The position numbers and the translations under genes were made by a program. A model generated the notes under the pieces. That model saw only the letters and a list, made by a program, of their open reading frames with translations, had not been told where the DNA came from and made no database searches. A DNA stretch of 64,000 nt, taken from assembly GCA_002104905.1 (NCBI GenBank), contig MCFE01000281.1, forward strand, positions 39,684 through 103,683, in the 5' to 3' direction. The number at the start of each line of letters is the position of its first letter. Position 1 is the first letter of the stretch. Source of the DNA: Basidiobolus meristosporus CBS 931.73. Lineage: Eukaryota; Fungi; Basidiobolomycota. Of the stretch, positions 23,004-36,242 are shown in pieces.

Positions 23004-26000
23004 TGTTGCAAGTTTTGGTATCAGAGTTGTTGAGGAATAGGGAGTTTAGCTGGTATTGTATTCACTAAAACTTGAACTGATTTTTATTGAGGTTCCAGCA
23101 GCTCCTTATATACATTTTGCCAGATCAATAGCTGACTAATTGTATATCTGAATGTAGGCTGTGGCTGATGACGCATTTGATTGCATCTTCATCACCCAAT
23201 AAGGTCCTACTTAATACATCTATTTGTGTCCAATAAGGATCAGCTGATTCATTTGCTGACTAATGCTACTGATTTGATAGCTTACACTGATATACTGATA
23301 GACTAAACATATAACTAGTTAATTTGACTCAAAACAGATCTAACTTAAACATTCAAGCGGTAGATCATAATATTCTCCCCTACTAAAGTGGCAAGGGTTC
23401 TCATGACTCTCTTTTCTGGTGATATTAATATCTTGATGGTTTAGTATTGACAGCAAATCTTGCAAGCTTGAGTCTGTCTCCATGAACTAAATCTTCCTGT
23501 ATATTCCCTAGTTTGTTCACCAGTTAGTAAGCTCCAAATGGACATTCTCTGATGATCTTAAAAGGTCCTGTCCATTGTGGCTCAAACTTTTTCTGAGTAT
23601 TGTTTCTCAGTAATACAAAGTTCCCAACTGTCAATGATTCTGGTGATATAGTCCTATCAAATCTCTGCTTCATCTTATCTACACTTTGAGATACTCTGGT
23701 CTGTGCCTCTTGACCTCTTTGTTCCAGCTGCTGGTGACTACTTGGCTGACTATGCTGATCTTTTAAGGTGTCTCTAAGCTTTGGTTGTGTGTGGTCTCCT
23801 GGAATCCTTGGTTCACATCCATACACTAAGTAAAATGGCCATAGTCTGGTGGTGTTGTGTACTCCAACTCTGCATGCAAAGAGTGCTTGATCTATATACT
23901 CATCCCATCTACTAACAGCTCCATTTGCATACTGGGCCATCATTTTTCCAAAAAATCCATTAAACTGCTTGGTTAGTCCATTTGTTGTGGGGTGATATGT
24001 CAAGGCTTCCAAATGTTTGATGTGCTGCAGTTCCAGGTAAGCTTCTGATGTCTTTGCAATATAGTTTGCCCCTCTATTGAATAGAATCTCTACAGGGCAT
24101 CCAAACTTTGTAAGGATCTTGTGGTAGATGAAACTTGCAACTTTATACTTACTGGCTACAGGTACGGCTTTAGCCACTGGCCATTTGGTGGTATGGTCAA
24201 TTGCACTAGGATCCAAAAGCTGAATTTCATGGTAGTTGGCAGTCTTCCAAGTCAATTCCCCTTCTTTCAAATGGTCTTACAGGCTCCAAAGGGAAGAGTT
24301 TGGCAATTCTTTGTGGCTGGCCTTGATGGATTTGGCAGTTTGGGCATATTTTCACTAGCTTCTCAATATCTTGTTTCATTCTGGGCCACCATGCTCTGGC
24401 TTTCACAAGGCTATAGGTTCCTTCAATTCCAAGATGTCCATATCCATTGTGTGGCTTATGTATTAGAGCCAGGCAAGCAATATAAGGGCAATAGACAATA
24501 GGGCTTCCATCAAAAATTTGGTAGAGTGTTTCATCCTGTACCATAGATTTGTTGGCTTCATCCCAGATTATCTTCTTGATCTCTTCATCCACCTCAGTAG
24601 GAATGGCTTGGTCCTCCAAGTACTCTGTTAATAGGCCAATCTGATTCCTGTGCCAAGTTGAGTTGCACAACTTGCTCTAATCTTGATAAGACATCAGCTA
24701 CTGTGTTGTTTTTTCCAGGGCAGTAGACAATATCCAAATCAAATTGCTGAATATATTCATTCCATCTTGTTGTTCTACTAGAGAGTACCTTCTGAGTAAA
24801 TATATACTTGAGGGGGGCATGATCACTCCTCACAGTGCACTTGACTCCTTCTATATCGCATCTCCATGTCTTCAAGCAGTATAATATAGCAAGCATCTCT
24901 TTCTCATGCTCTGGATAGTTTTGTTCTGCTGAGTTCAGTTTCTCAGATTCAAGGCTACTGGGTAGTACTTTTCCTTGTGTTCTTGGCTCAACACTCCTCT
25001 AATTACGTATTCTGAAGCATCTGTACACAGAGTAAACTCTTTTCTGAAGTCAGGTATTCTTAAGCTTGGCCGCTTAGCAAGTTTATTCTTGAGTGTTTGA
25101 AAGGCAGTCTCACAAGCTACTTCCCACTTGTAGGTATTGTCTTTCTTGAGGATATTGGTTAAAGGGGCTGCAATACTTGCAAAGGACTTGACAGATCTCC
25201 AATAATACAAAACCATTCCAAGAAATGATCCAAGTTCTGATAAGCTATTGGGCTGCTTCAGATTCTTGATAACTTCAACCTTCTTAGGCCACTCCTGTGC
25301 TAGTTAATATGCGTCCCAGATATTGAACATGTTCCTTGAAGAATGCACACTTGGCTAGCTTGCCATATAGTTTGTTCTCTCTTAGCTTCTTCAAGACCTT
25401 TCAATGTGCACCACTTGATCCTCTTCTGTCTTGCTGTATATCAATGTGTCATCTGGGTAGATTATTGCATAGTTGTCTAAGTACTCCGGGAAGACAGACT
25501 GCATCAGGGTCATGAATGTTTAAGGGGCATTGGTGAGGGCAAAACTCATGGCTAAGTACTTGTGATGTCTATATCTGGTCCTGAATGCTGTTTTAGGGAT
25601 ATCTTCTGGCTTCACCCAAATCTGGCTGTGTCCTGACATGAGGTCAGTCTTGCTGAGTATGGTGGCTCCATTGAACAGGTCCAAAAGCTCATCAGTTCAA
25701 GGTATTGGGTATTTATTCTTCATGGTAACTGAGCTGAGGGCTCTGTAGTCAATGTACATCCTAAGTGTTCCATCCTTCTTCTTCACAAAAAGTACTGGTA
25801 CTCCCCAAGGTGACTTGCTGGGTCTGAAATATCCTTGATCCAATTACTGATCTATTTGTCTTTGCATCTCTTCCAATTCCAATGGACTCATTCTGTAGGG
25901 TGTCTACCTCTCTGGTGGGCTATCTCCTGGGTCATGGCATGATCCACATCTCTTACTGGTGGTAGATGTACAAGTTCATCTGGAGATAAGTCTTTATATT

Positions 26001-26849
26001 ACTTCAAAAGAGTCTGGACCATATAAGGTACTGAAGTCAAGGAATCCTCCTGTAATATTGCCATGAGGAACATCTGGCTGTCAAGACTGAAGTTGATTTG
26101 GTGGGCTCCAAGTTGATTCCAGCTTTCACAGCAAGTTGCTCCAATATATACTTGTTCAATGCTCCTGAGTCAGTCATAATCATGGTGGGTACTCTATTGA
26201 TTACTCCATTCAAATATAATTGCTTTCCTGAGTTTGAGATCATCTGGGATAGGTATTCTTCTGTCATATGGAAAGTGAGTTCTGAGTCTTCTTGAAGCTG
26301 ATCCTCCATGTTACTATGCTCAAGGGCTTCAATATATCTGAAGGTTCCTGCTGGCTAGTATGTATTTCTTCTCTGAGGGCAGTACTTTGCTATATGTCCC
26401 TGCTGGTGGCATTTGAAGCAAAGTCCTTTCTTCTTACATTCTTCTGAGGTAGGATTCTTCTGCATAGCATCTATTTCCATTGGCACTGCTTCTGATTGCT
26501 TCTTTCATAATGATTGTAGCCTCTCTCATTAGTCATTGTGGGCTTCCTAACTCCAAGCATGGCTAAGTCATAGTCAATGGCAATCTTGATGGCTTCCTCA
26601 ATAGTCTGGGGTCTTTGATAATTCACTTCCTGGCAAGTTCATTCATTCAACCCATCAATAAAGTATTCCATTTGCTACAGGGGGTCCATTAGTTCAGTCT
26701 GTCCAAATAGACATCTATATTCACAGATGTACTCTTGAACCATTCCTTCCTGCCCAGTGTCTTCAACTTTCTTCTTAGTAGTGTTCGCTGGTGTGGAGGT
26801 TCAAAAGCATCATGAATTTCTGACACAAACTCATCTAAGGTTGAGACTA
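23004..26849 (-). mobile_element. Ty3/gypsy retrotransposon, decayed (gag end-PR-RT-RH-IN, 3' LTR 23004-23372); 5' part lost
   Basis: gag knuckle CFKCHQQGHIAKYC, protease TDSGA (26037-26309), RT Y(P)DD at about 25450, RNase H CTDASEY and SDHAPL, integrase GPF domain (23524-24270). Domain order is RT-RH-IN. Confidence 0.92.
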
Positions 26850-28028
26850 TGTTTAAATAATTAGGAGTCCACCTAATTATTAATATATTATGAACTAGCA
26901 CTTAGTGAAATGATATATTTCAGATTATCAACATGGAAATTAGTTTGTAAATTATTTACTAATTATTAGGAATTAGAGAAGTACAGAATTTTAGGAAAAT
27001 CTGAAACTTGTCCAAATGAGCTGAAACTTGGCACATGTACTCCTGAGACTCCCCTAATAATGACCAAATAGTCACATTTACGTAGTTCTGCAATAAGTAT
27101 AAATACCGTGTTGCAACTCAATAAAACACCAAGTGATTATCATGTAAATCTTCTAGTTCTCCAATTCACTTCCAATATATCTCTCTAATATTTCGACAGG
27201 TTATGAGCCCCAAGCTTGCTTTGTCTTAGTTATCTACTTTGCTCTAGTGCTGTGTCTTTATTCTGGAGAAAGACCGCCTGGTCTACCTGAAGTTACAAAA
27301 GACAGAAAAGTACTACCGCTGCAAAGAACTGCTAGATGGGATATATTGTTTTGGAGAAAAAGGCCTTTGCCCTTAAAGAAGACACTAAGCAAAGAAAAAA
27401 GGTCATATGTCAAGGAGGTCATGTTGGACAGTTTTCAAATTATGAAATGTGCAGAAGGATGAAGCTTTGAGAAAATGCGTAATCCCAGCAAGGAGTCCAG
27501 ATCAATAAGGGACATATTACATGATATATGTATTAGTGCTATGATCCTTATTATCACAACATAAAGGAGCTATGTTGATGATCCACATATACCTGGGTTT
27601 GCATTAGACTATTCCAGTCAATGAAGTGCCCACATTGCTGCAGTGAATTTACATAATTCTGTAGCTGTTGCAATTTAAGAAGTGATTTGGATATAAGGAA
27701 CTTATCAAGAAATAGTGATAATAGTTGAACTGTTGTTTATTCATAAAGAAGCTCAGTATTTATACCTTTGTAGAAGTAATACAGCTGCAACACTAAGTAG
27801 GGAGGGTTTCTCAATATTCAGGAGCATTCTGTAACAGTTTCAGGGTTAGTACATAATGTTTGGTAATAGTGCTAATTTGATCCTGACTATAGGGGAATAA
27901 TCATAAGATCATATATCTGGAGAAAGTGGCAAAGTTAAGGCAGTAAATGAGTCCTACAGTGACTAAGACTAGCCTAGAATTGTTAAGTAAATTTTTAGCT
28001 GCTGAATGATACCAAATAGTCCAATATT

Positions 28029-29530
28029 TCAACACTCCCCCTCAACTAAATAATTTCTTAATCCCAATTTCTCTCTAAGGATCTCAAATTGTAGCCTAGC
28101 TAGTGGTTTTGTCAATATGTCTGCCACCATTTTGTCAGTTGGGCAGTAAACCAGCTCCACTAAGTTATTTTCTACAGCTTCCCTCACAAGGTGATGCTGT
28201 ATATCAATGTGCTTAGTTCTGGCATGATTAGTAGGATTTCTAGCTAATGAAATACAACTTTGATTATCCTTGTAAATACATGTTGGTTCACCTGAATTAA
28301 AACCTAAGTCTTTGAATAATTTTTGTAGCCATATAGCCTCCTTAGTTGCTTGACATGCAGCCATATATTTGGCTTCAGTTGTAGATAGTACCACAGTTGG
28401 TTGTTTCTTGCAATTCCAAGTAATAGCTGCACCAGCATAAAGAAATACATAGCCTGTGGTAGAGCGTCTGTCGATCAGATCCCTACCGCAATCTGAATCA
28501 CTATGACCATCAAATATTTGCCTATTAGCTGCTCCAGAGTATTCCAGTACCATATTTATGGTACCTTGTAGATATCTGAAAATCCGCTTAACTGCTGCAA
28601 TTTGATCTGATCCATAATTCTGCATGAATTGACTGACTATTCCAACTGCTACTGCAATATCTGGACATGTAGACACCATCAAGTACATTAGGCTACTGAC
28701 CATTGATTGATAGGGAAAGTTTTGGTCCATATTTGAGCCGTTTGCATCTATAACTGGCTGAGATTTGCTTAATTTCAGGTTATTGTCCATAGGGGTTGCT
28801 GCAGGTTTGCAATTTTCCATTTTGAAGCGTCTAAGAATGTCCCTGATGTACCTAGACTGATTCAGCACAATTTTCTGCGTAGGTATGTCAAATTTGACCT
28901 CAATCAAAGAAAATAGCTCAATTTTCCAAGATCTTTCATCTCAAACTTACTGAAGAGATCTGATTTCATCTGTTTAAGTGCCTCTTGATCACTTGTAGCT
29001 ATAATTAGGTCATCCACATAAAGAACTAGGATGATCACACCCTTTTTGAGCTGTTTCATATATATACCGTGATCTCCAGTGCTACAAGAGAACCCAATTT
29101 CCTCTAGATATGTGTCAATCTTGTTATACCATGCTCTGGGTGCCTGCTTAAGCTCATACAACAATTTTCTAAATTTGCACACCTTATGGGGGTTTTTGGA
29201 TTGGTTAAACCTTCTGGTTGCTCCATATATAGTTTCTTGCAAATCCCCATTTAGAAAGGCTGTTTTGACGTCCATTTGGTGTAGATCTAGACTGTGTACA
29301 GCTGCCGGGGCTAGAACTGTCCTAATAGAGTTAAACTTGGCAACCGGAGCAAATGTTTCCTTAAAGTCTAGTCCTTGGATCTGGGAATAGCCTTTAGCTA
29401 CCAATCTAGCCTTGTACTTATCAACGGCACCATTTGAGGTTATCTTGATCTTGTAGACCCATCTACATCCTATTGGCTTTCTCCCATTTGGTAAATCTAT
29501 CAGTTCCCGCGTTTTTGCCTTGATCAGTGA
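28029..29530 (-). pseudogene. Copia A2 RT-RNase H, frameshifted
   Basis: ORFs 28904-29404 ([18 protein letters not shown]) and 28029-28907 (KQPTVVLSTTEAKY, RTKHIDIQHH). In frame with the polyprotein just past the TGA. Confidence 0.92.
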
Positions 29531-31942
29531 TCAGTACTCCTCCTTCATGGCTTGTTGCCACTTAGTAGCATCTGGACCTTGCATTGCCTGTTCCAGATTC
29601 TGAGGTTTGGCACATAAGGCAAGATAAGCTTCTTCATGATCATTGGATGTCTGCCACCAGGATCCAGGGGCATTTCTTATTCTGGTAGATCTCCTAACTG
29701 GGATAATCTGTTCTGATCTGGAACTGGTAGAAGTATCTTTCATCTCTGGCTGGATTTGGTACGTATCTTCTTCATTTGTGTTGATTGCATCATCAGGCAG
29801 CTGGCCAATGATTTCCGTGGCTTTCTGATCTGAAATCTCCTCAAATACAACATCCATGCTCTTGATCAGCCTCTGAATTTTGCCATCATACACTCTATAC
29901 CCTTTAGTATCTTCACAATACCCAAGAAAGATCCCTTCTCTACTCTTTGGTTCCAACTTTGACTGTTTTTTGTCAGGAATGTGATAAAAAACATCACTGC
30001 CAAAGATCCTGAGGTGCTGGAGATCTGGTTTTTTGCCTGTACATGCTTCAAAGGGTGTAGAATCACGTAGTGCTGTTGTTGGGCATCTGTTCTTGATGTA
30101 TACAGCGGTAGCAACAGATTCAGCCCAAAACTTGTAGTCCATTCCCTTATCATGTAGCATAGATCTTCCCATCTCCACTATTGTTCTACTTGCACGTTCT
30201 GCTACTCCGTTTTGCTGTGGAGTATGAGGAACTGTGGTCTGTTGAAGTATACCAGTAGACAAGCAGTATTTTGCAAGCTCCTTTGAGCAGTATTCTCCTC
30301 CATTGTCACTTCGTAGTACCTTCAATTTACACCCAGTTTGTGTTTCTGCCATGTTCTTGAAGTGCTTAAACGTCTCTAAAGCTTCATCCTTTGTTTTGAG
30401 GAAGTACACCCATGTATATCTTGTCTTGTCATCAATAAACGTCATAAAGTATCTCTTGGCTCCAAAGGACAGTGTTCTCATGGGGCCACATATGTCTGAG
30501 TGTACAATAGCCAATATTTCGGTGGTATTGATGCCTTCTGAGCTCTTGAAACATTGCCTAGCTTGTTTGCCATATGAACATCCCTTACAAACATTAAATT
30601 TGATTGGAATTGAGTGTTTTAGGCCCAAAACAAGCTGATTTTTCACCAATTGGCTCATTTTCTGTTCCCCTATGTGTCCTAGCCTCCTATGCCACGTCTC
30701 CCAGTTGTTTTCATCAGTTTCAGCAATGTTGACATACTCAGGTACAATAATCTTGCATTGTGACTTGTATATATTGTGATCTCTGATTCTCAAAGCTAAT
30801 TCTTGTCCATTTTCACTCAATATTGAGCAGCTCAGCTTAGTAAAAACAAATTTCAGTCCCTGAGTAGTTGCTTTACTGACTGAGAGTAGGTTCTTAGCTA
30901 TTCCAGGCACATAGAGTACATCAGTCAGTTTTGCTGTTGTTGCCCCTGAGTTATCACTCATATTTAGTTGTATAGACCCACTGGCGGTAGCTTCCAATGC
31001 AGAGTTATCTCCCAGATAAACCTTTCTTACGGGAATAGTCTTTAAGTTGCTGAACCAATCCTTTATACCACAAATATGCTGTGATGCTCCAGAGTTAATA
31101 TACCATTCATTACTTCGGTTACTTGCACTCTCTTGTACAGTGACAAATAACTGTTCATCAATAGTTATATGATTTGCCTGCTCTAGTTTCTGTTTTTTGT
31201 CTGCTTGTTTCTTCTTGCATTCTCTTGCACAGTGTCCTGGCTTCTTATAGTAGTTACAGCAGCCAGGTTTTCTTTGGTTTTGTTGCTTTCCCTTCTTTTC
31301 TGTATGCCTTTCTGAACTGAATAAAGCATTATCTTCAATTTTCTCTGCTTGATCATTACGTGTGAGTTCTTCATGGAGAAGTCTTCCTTTGACATAGTCT
31401 AAAGTCAAGTTGTCTTCTCTGCTTTCAAAAGAAAGTATGAGTGGCTCATACTCCTCTGGTAGGCTGCAAAGCAGACAGAGTATCTTTTCTTCATCATCTA
31501 CACCAGCATTAATACTGTAAAGTTCTTCTGCAAGTGTCTCCATTCTGGTAATGAGTTGTAGCATGTCATCATCTGGCTTTTTTCTCATGTTGAAGAACTT
31601 TTGTTTCAAATAAAGCTTGCTTGATACTGACTTTGCTCTAAAGATCTTCTCTAAGGATTCCCATGCTGCTTTGGCAGTATTTGAGGCATGGATTTGTCCA
31701 ATTAAGGAGTCTTGCACATTGATGCATATTGCATTGAAGGCCTTTCTCTCCTTCTCTTGAAACTTCTCCACATCTTCTGCTGTTCCTTTGGGCTCAACTT
31801 CCTTTCCTGTTACTATGTTCCAAAGCTTTCTTTCCTCAAGGTGGATCTGCATCTTGATTCTCCAAAGTCTGTAGTTCTTCCCATCAAACCTCTCCTTTAC
31901 AGGGAAGATGTTGGTATTGCTTTGTTTGCTGGTAGAAGTCAT
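29531..31942 (-). CDS. Copia gag-protease-integrase polyprotein (803 aa up to a premature TGA)
   Basis: gag UBN2-like region, knuckle CNYYKKPGHCAREC, protease WYINSGAS, GAG-pre-integrase WHRRLGH, integrase HSDICGP / RSDNGGEY / PQQNGVAER. Confidence 0.93.
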   Translation of the reverse strand: MTSTSKQSNTNIFPVKERFDGKNYRLWRIKMQIHLEERKLWNIVTGKEVEPKGTAEDVEKFQEKERKAFNAICINVQDSLIGQIHASNTAKAAWESLEKIFRAKSVSSKLYLKQKFFNMRKKPDDDMLQLITRMETLAEELYSINAGVDDEEKILCLLCSLPEEYEPLILSFESREDNLTLDYVKGRLLHEELTRNDQAEKIEDNALFSSERHTEKKGKQQNQRKPGCCNYYKKPGHCARECKKKQADKKQKLEQANHITIDEQLFVTVQESASNRSNEWYINSGASQHICGIKDWFSNLKTIPVRKVYLGDNSALEATASGSIQLNMSDNSGATTAKLTDVLYVPGIAKNLLSVSKATTQGLKFVFTKLSCSILSENGQELALRIRDHNIYKSQCKIIVPEYVNIAETDENNWETWHRRLGHIGEQKMSQLVKNQLVLGLKHSIPIKFNVCKGCSYGKQARQCFKSSEGINTTEILAIVHSDICGPMRTLSFGAKRYFMTFIDDKTRYTWVYFLKTKDEALETFKHFKNMAETQTGCKLKVLRSDNGGEYCSKELAKYCLSTGILQQTTVPHTPQQNGVAERASRTIVEMGRSMLHDKGMDYKFWAESVATAVYIKNRCPTTALRDSTPFEACTGKKPDLQHLRIFGSDVFYHIPDKKQSKLEPKSREGIFLGYCEDTKGYRVYDGKIQRLIKSMDVVFEEISDQKATEIIGQLPDDAINTNEEDTYQIQPEMKDTSTSSRSEQIIPVRRSTRIRNAPGSWWQTSNDHEEAYLALCAKPQNLEQAMQGPDATKWQQAMKEEY

Positions 31943-31965
31943 CTTTAGAATAGATTAAGGCAATT

Positions 31966-31978
31966 GGGGCTCATAACC
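31966..31978 (-). promoter_or_regulatory. Primer-binding site, half-tRNA(iMet) type
   Basis: GGTTATGAGCCCC abuts the 5' LTR and resembles the Drosophila copia PBS (GGTTATGGGCCC). Confidence 0.75.
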
Positions 31979-34900
31979 TGTTGCAATTTAAGAAGTGATT
32001 TGGATATAAGGAACTTATCAAGAAATAGTGATAATAGTTGAACTGTTGTTTATTCATAAAGAAGCTCAGTATTTATACCTTTGTAGAAGTAATACAGCTG
32101 CAACACTAAGTAGGGAGGGTTTCTCAATATTCAGGAGCATTCTGTAACAGTTTCAGGGTTAGTACATAATGTTTGGTAATAGTGCAATTTGATCCTGACT
32201 ATAGGGGAATAATCATAAGATCATATATCTGGAGAAAGTGGCAAAGTTAAGGCAGTACATGAGTCCTACAGTGACTAAGACTAGCCTAGAATTGTTAAGT
32301 AAGTTTTTAGCTGCTGAATGATACCAAATAGTCCAATATTTCAACAGTAGCCACTTGAAATGAAATGATGCGCAAATACTTTGATGCTGCCTGCTGCCCT
32401 AGTTTGGAGTTAGATATGCAGACAAATATATGGATCAGCTTGCCCAAACTCTGAGGATCAAAACGATATATAATACCTATATATTTAGCCAAAGATCAGT
32501 GATCTCAGACATGCCAACTTAGGAGTGGTACGCATGATATATCAGTGGTACTATTTCCAGTACCAATGATCCTGAGGCCCTGTGAGACACTTATTAGACA
32601 ATCTACATGTCTACATCAAGTATCAGGAACAGTGAAAGGAGATATATCCATATATGTTGAAGCATGTAATTTCTACCGCCATCAAAAGAAGTACTACCGG
32701 AGACCTTGACCAAAGTATATGCTTATAGTCTCTATATACACTAGAGAATATGCATCAAGTACTATCAAGGAGTGTACTAGTTGCCCTATGCTAGTATATA
32801 TATCACATACATGCAGTGATGAAGGATCATTTATATTAACCTTGATCAGATGTTAATCATGCTATTATGATCAGATCAAGTTACTTGCAGTTCCCAGCTA
32901 CAGGCCAAACTGCAATGATGATATCTGCCACCAAGATGCTGAGAGAAATGGCTTTTTAAGGAAGTTTATTTGATCAAATTTGATCAAGCCTGTGAAAAGT
33001 TATGCCAGATCCAAATGGTTGACCAATTTGGTTGAAACATCTCAGAATTGATATGTTTTGAGGTCAGGAGGTTCCTGAACACTCTGGGAGATCTAACAAA
33101 CCGTGGATATGCTACCTGCATGGTCCAGATCTAGATCAATAAGGAAATTCCAGCAACCAGCATCTTTAAGACCAGATATGGAACAAAAACCTACCGCCAA
33201 TAAGTTGTCAGTTTCTAAATGGAGTTAGGTGACACCTAAGCCAGATTTGGACTATCTAGCACACTAGATATGATCCAGTTGTCCTACCACACAAGGATAG
33301 TGGAGTATTGCTGCTAAGGAAAGCAGCAGAGCAGTCCAAGAGAACCTACGTACTCAGAGGCAACATCACAATTACGGTGAGCAATGAAGTCAACTTACTT
33401 ACAGTTGGAGCTAGAGAAGTGGTACCAAGGGCCAACCTAAGGGTTATAATGGGTCCAGAAGATCATGGACTTGTCTATTTGCACTGTCAACCAAGCTCTA
33501 TGCTGGAAAATTCTATCAGAAGTAACAGTGACTTATCAGAGCTGTTATGGTAGATTTACGCAATTAGAAAGTGCCAGATCAGGTTGTACTGTTTAAAGCG
33601 CAACAGTACATATGAGACCATATCTATCCTGTTTAGGATGAAACCTCTATGAATAGCTGCCAATCAGGCTGTGGTATCTTGTGATACCAAATCAAGCCTA
33701 TCAAGATGTAAAGGGAAGATCTCAATACTGTAACTGCAATATCAGTCTAAGAAAGTTATGCCTAGATCAGAAGGATATATATGATCTATCTGAGTCAATT
33801 TTAGAAGGCAGGAAGCACCAGAAGACGTAGCTTCAGTGGGAGTACAATATCCCAGGTCAGGAATGAAGAAAAGCTAAGCTAGATACTATTGAAGGCACTA
33901 GTCAGGAAGAGGAAATACTTGGTCAACCGGTGAAGAATAAGGCCACTACAATACTGACCAATTATTGGTCTCAGCAGATCATATATGGACTATATGAGGA
34001 AAGTTACTATCCAGATCCAGTTATGGATATATGGAGGATAGTCTAAGTGAATTAGACTATAGACCGGAACTGTGCATAATCCAGATCTACCGGAGAGAAG
34101 ATCACATCCTAACTTTGCCAATTATTGACCAATTTTACTCAAATAAGAAAGAGCAGATAGCCTGAGAATGCAGCTCTTGGATGATACATACTATGCTGGG
34201 ATTTGATCACTATCTGAAAAGTTTTACTCTGATCAAATGGATGATACTCATTCATAGATATTTGTGATGAAATCAGAATTCAGACTCAAAGCAATTTGAT
34301 CTGAAGTATGGAATTAACAGTATGAACGTATACTTAGTTATTACAGATAATATGCAGTCCTTAACATATATTGGAGAATACATTAGTCCAATTGGTTAGA
34401 TGGTTAATTGCAGGTTTAATTTCAACCGCAAGATACACAACACCACAGCAAGTTCATAAGTATATGAATAAGTCAACAAATGATGCCCTATGCTTCCAAT
34501 GTACTCTAAATAGAAATTGACTCAGTGGGCAACCTGAAAAAATACATATCCATATCATGCTTAAAGTACCCCATGAGCAGCATAGTTGTTATTATAAGGA
34601 TCTTGCTGAAGGGCAAATGTTTTGTTCCCAATAGAATGCTTTTGCTCTATCAGACTTCCTCTATTTTGAGTTTCTGGATTCATTCCATAATTGTGTCAAT
34701 GACTCATAGCATTCCAGCTTTGCTATATTTGTGTGCTGACTTCTCTACATTCTCTCTGAGGGTAGATGAAGCTTTTAGTATTTGTGTCTGAATAATTTTT
34801 ATGGATGTGAGTTTGGGTGTAATTGCCTGGATCTCAAACATTTCATCAGCAATACATTCCATTGTGCCCTGAAAGCTGGCTATCTTGCTGATGCAGGCAG

Positions 34901-35078
34901 CTTTGAAGGTTGAACAGTGATTTAGGCCTGTATACTAGTGAGACTACTATAGGAGTTGTTCTCTGTTACAGCTAGATTGGCAGCAGATTCAGGTTGATTA
35001 GCATTAGTGGCTGGTAGGATTAGCTTGCAGTGTACTTGTTCAGTGAGCTCCATCAAGTGCCAAGGGAAAGACATGAGC

Positions 35079-35427
35079 TGTTGAAATATTAGAGAGATAT
35101 ATTGGAAGTGAATTGGAGAATTAGAAGACTTATATGATATTCACTAGATGTTTTATTGAGTTGCAACACTGCATTTATACTTATTGCAGAACTACGTAAA
35201 TGTGACTATTTGGTCACTATTAGGGGAGTCTCAGGAGTACATGTGCCAAGTTTCAGCTCATTTGGACAAGTTTCAGATTTTCCTAAAATTCTGTACTTCT
35301 CTAATTCCTAATAATTAGTAAATAATTTACAAACTAATTTCCATGTTGATAATCTGAAATATATCACTTCACTAAGTGCTAGTTCATAATATATTATTAA
35401 TTAGGTGGACTCCTAATTATTTCAACA
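35079..35427 (-). repeat. Solo LTR family B, TSD TGAGC
   Basis: Reverse complement of the 349-bp B LTR; TGAGC at 35074-35078 and 35428-35432. Confidence 0.95.
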
Positions 35428-35931
35428 TGAGCATACCTTCAAAGCAGCCCTTACTGTTTAGTTGTTTGTAATGTTTGCCATCAATTATCCCAGCAATGTT
35501 TGTGGTTGATCAATACTGAATGTAGCGCTCTGTAGCTTCACAATAGTTGTTAGTTTGCATGAACTTCCTTAGACAACATATGGTTATATATCTGGAGCAT
35601 GTACAATGTTTTCCTCCTGGTGTGGCAGTTTACTGGCAAGTTGAACAACTTCTAAAGTACCAGTTTGTGATGTAAATACCATGCAACTGTTGATATATGC
35701 TGGTATCAGAACAGTCTCTGGGTCTTATGTTGCCAGCTGTGACAATTTTCATTTATGCTAAGAACATTATAGGTTGCATCCCAATATGATTTGGGTAAGA
35801 AGTAGCAATAAATCCTCAATGCCCCCATTACTTATATTAGTAGAAGTATACCCTCACACTATCCACAAAATTGTATCTTACACCAGTTATGGATTACTGG
35901 GCTCACTTGGCTTCACAAAGTTTTCTTGGCA

Positions 35932-36242
35932 TGTTATGATCTGCTGCTTAAATGTTTAAGCAAGATCAGCTGTTAGTCAAATCCACTAGTTTAATGCTTA
36001 GCCTATCAGTATATCAGTGTTATTTATCAAATCAGTAGCATTAGTCAGCAAATGACTCACCAAATCTTTGTCAGACGGAAATAGATATATTAAATAGGAT
36101 CTTATTGGGTTATGATGATGCAGCTAAATGAGTCATCATTCACAACCTATGGAATTTCAAAAAAATCAGTTCAAGTTTTAGTGAATACAATACTAGCTAA
36201 ACTCCCTATCCCTTTACAACTCTTATATTAAGATTTGTAACA
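35932..36242 (+). repeat. Solo gypsy LTR (family E), 4-bp TSD GGCA
   Basis: Inverted homologue of 23004-23372 and 18970-19335; GGCA at 35928-35931 and 36243-36246. Confidence 0.8.

Larger units (their letters stand above)
27666..32346 (-). mobile_element. Complete young Ty1/copia element, family A2 (4681 bp), TSD GTAGC
   Basis: LTRs 27666-28034 and 31979-32346 differ at about 3 positions. GTAGC at 27661-27665 and 32347-32351. PPT reverse complement CTCCCCCTC at 28035-28043. The empty site is visible at about 40750. Confidence 0.97.
26850..34470 (+). mobile_element. Non-coding LTR element family B (LARD-like), copy 1; 5' LTR 26850-27198, 3' LTR missing, interrupted by copia A2
   Basis: A 349-bp LTR plus PBS GGTTATGAGCCCC. 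Internal segments 27199-27665 and 32347-34470 align with 39075-42880. Confidence 0.85.

Noticed and set aside
23373-23524. Chromodomain at the end of the gypsy integrase
   Set aside because: After the GPF domain only a short tail precedes the PPT; no chromodomain motif is visible.
33308-33553. 81-aa ORF conserved at 41715-41960 in family B
   Set aside because: It starts at TTG, has no recognisable motif, and its conservation is no more than expected from two closely related copies. It is kept only as part of the LARD finding.
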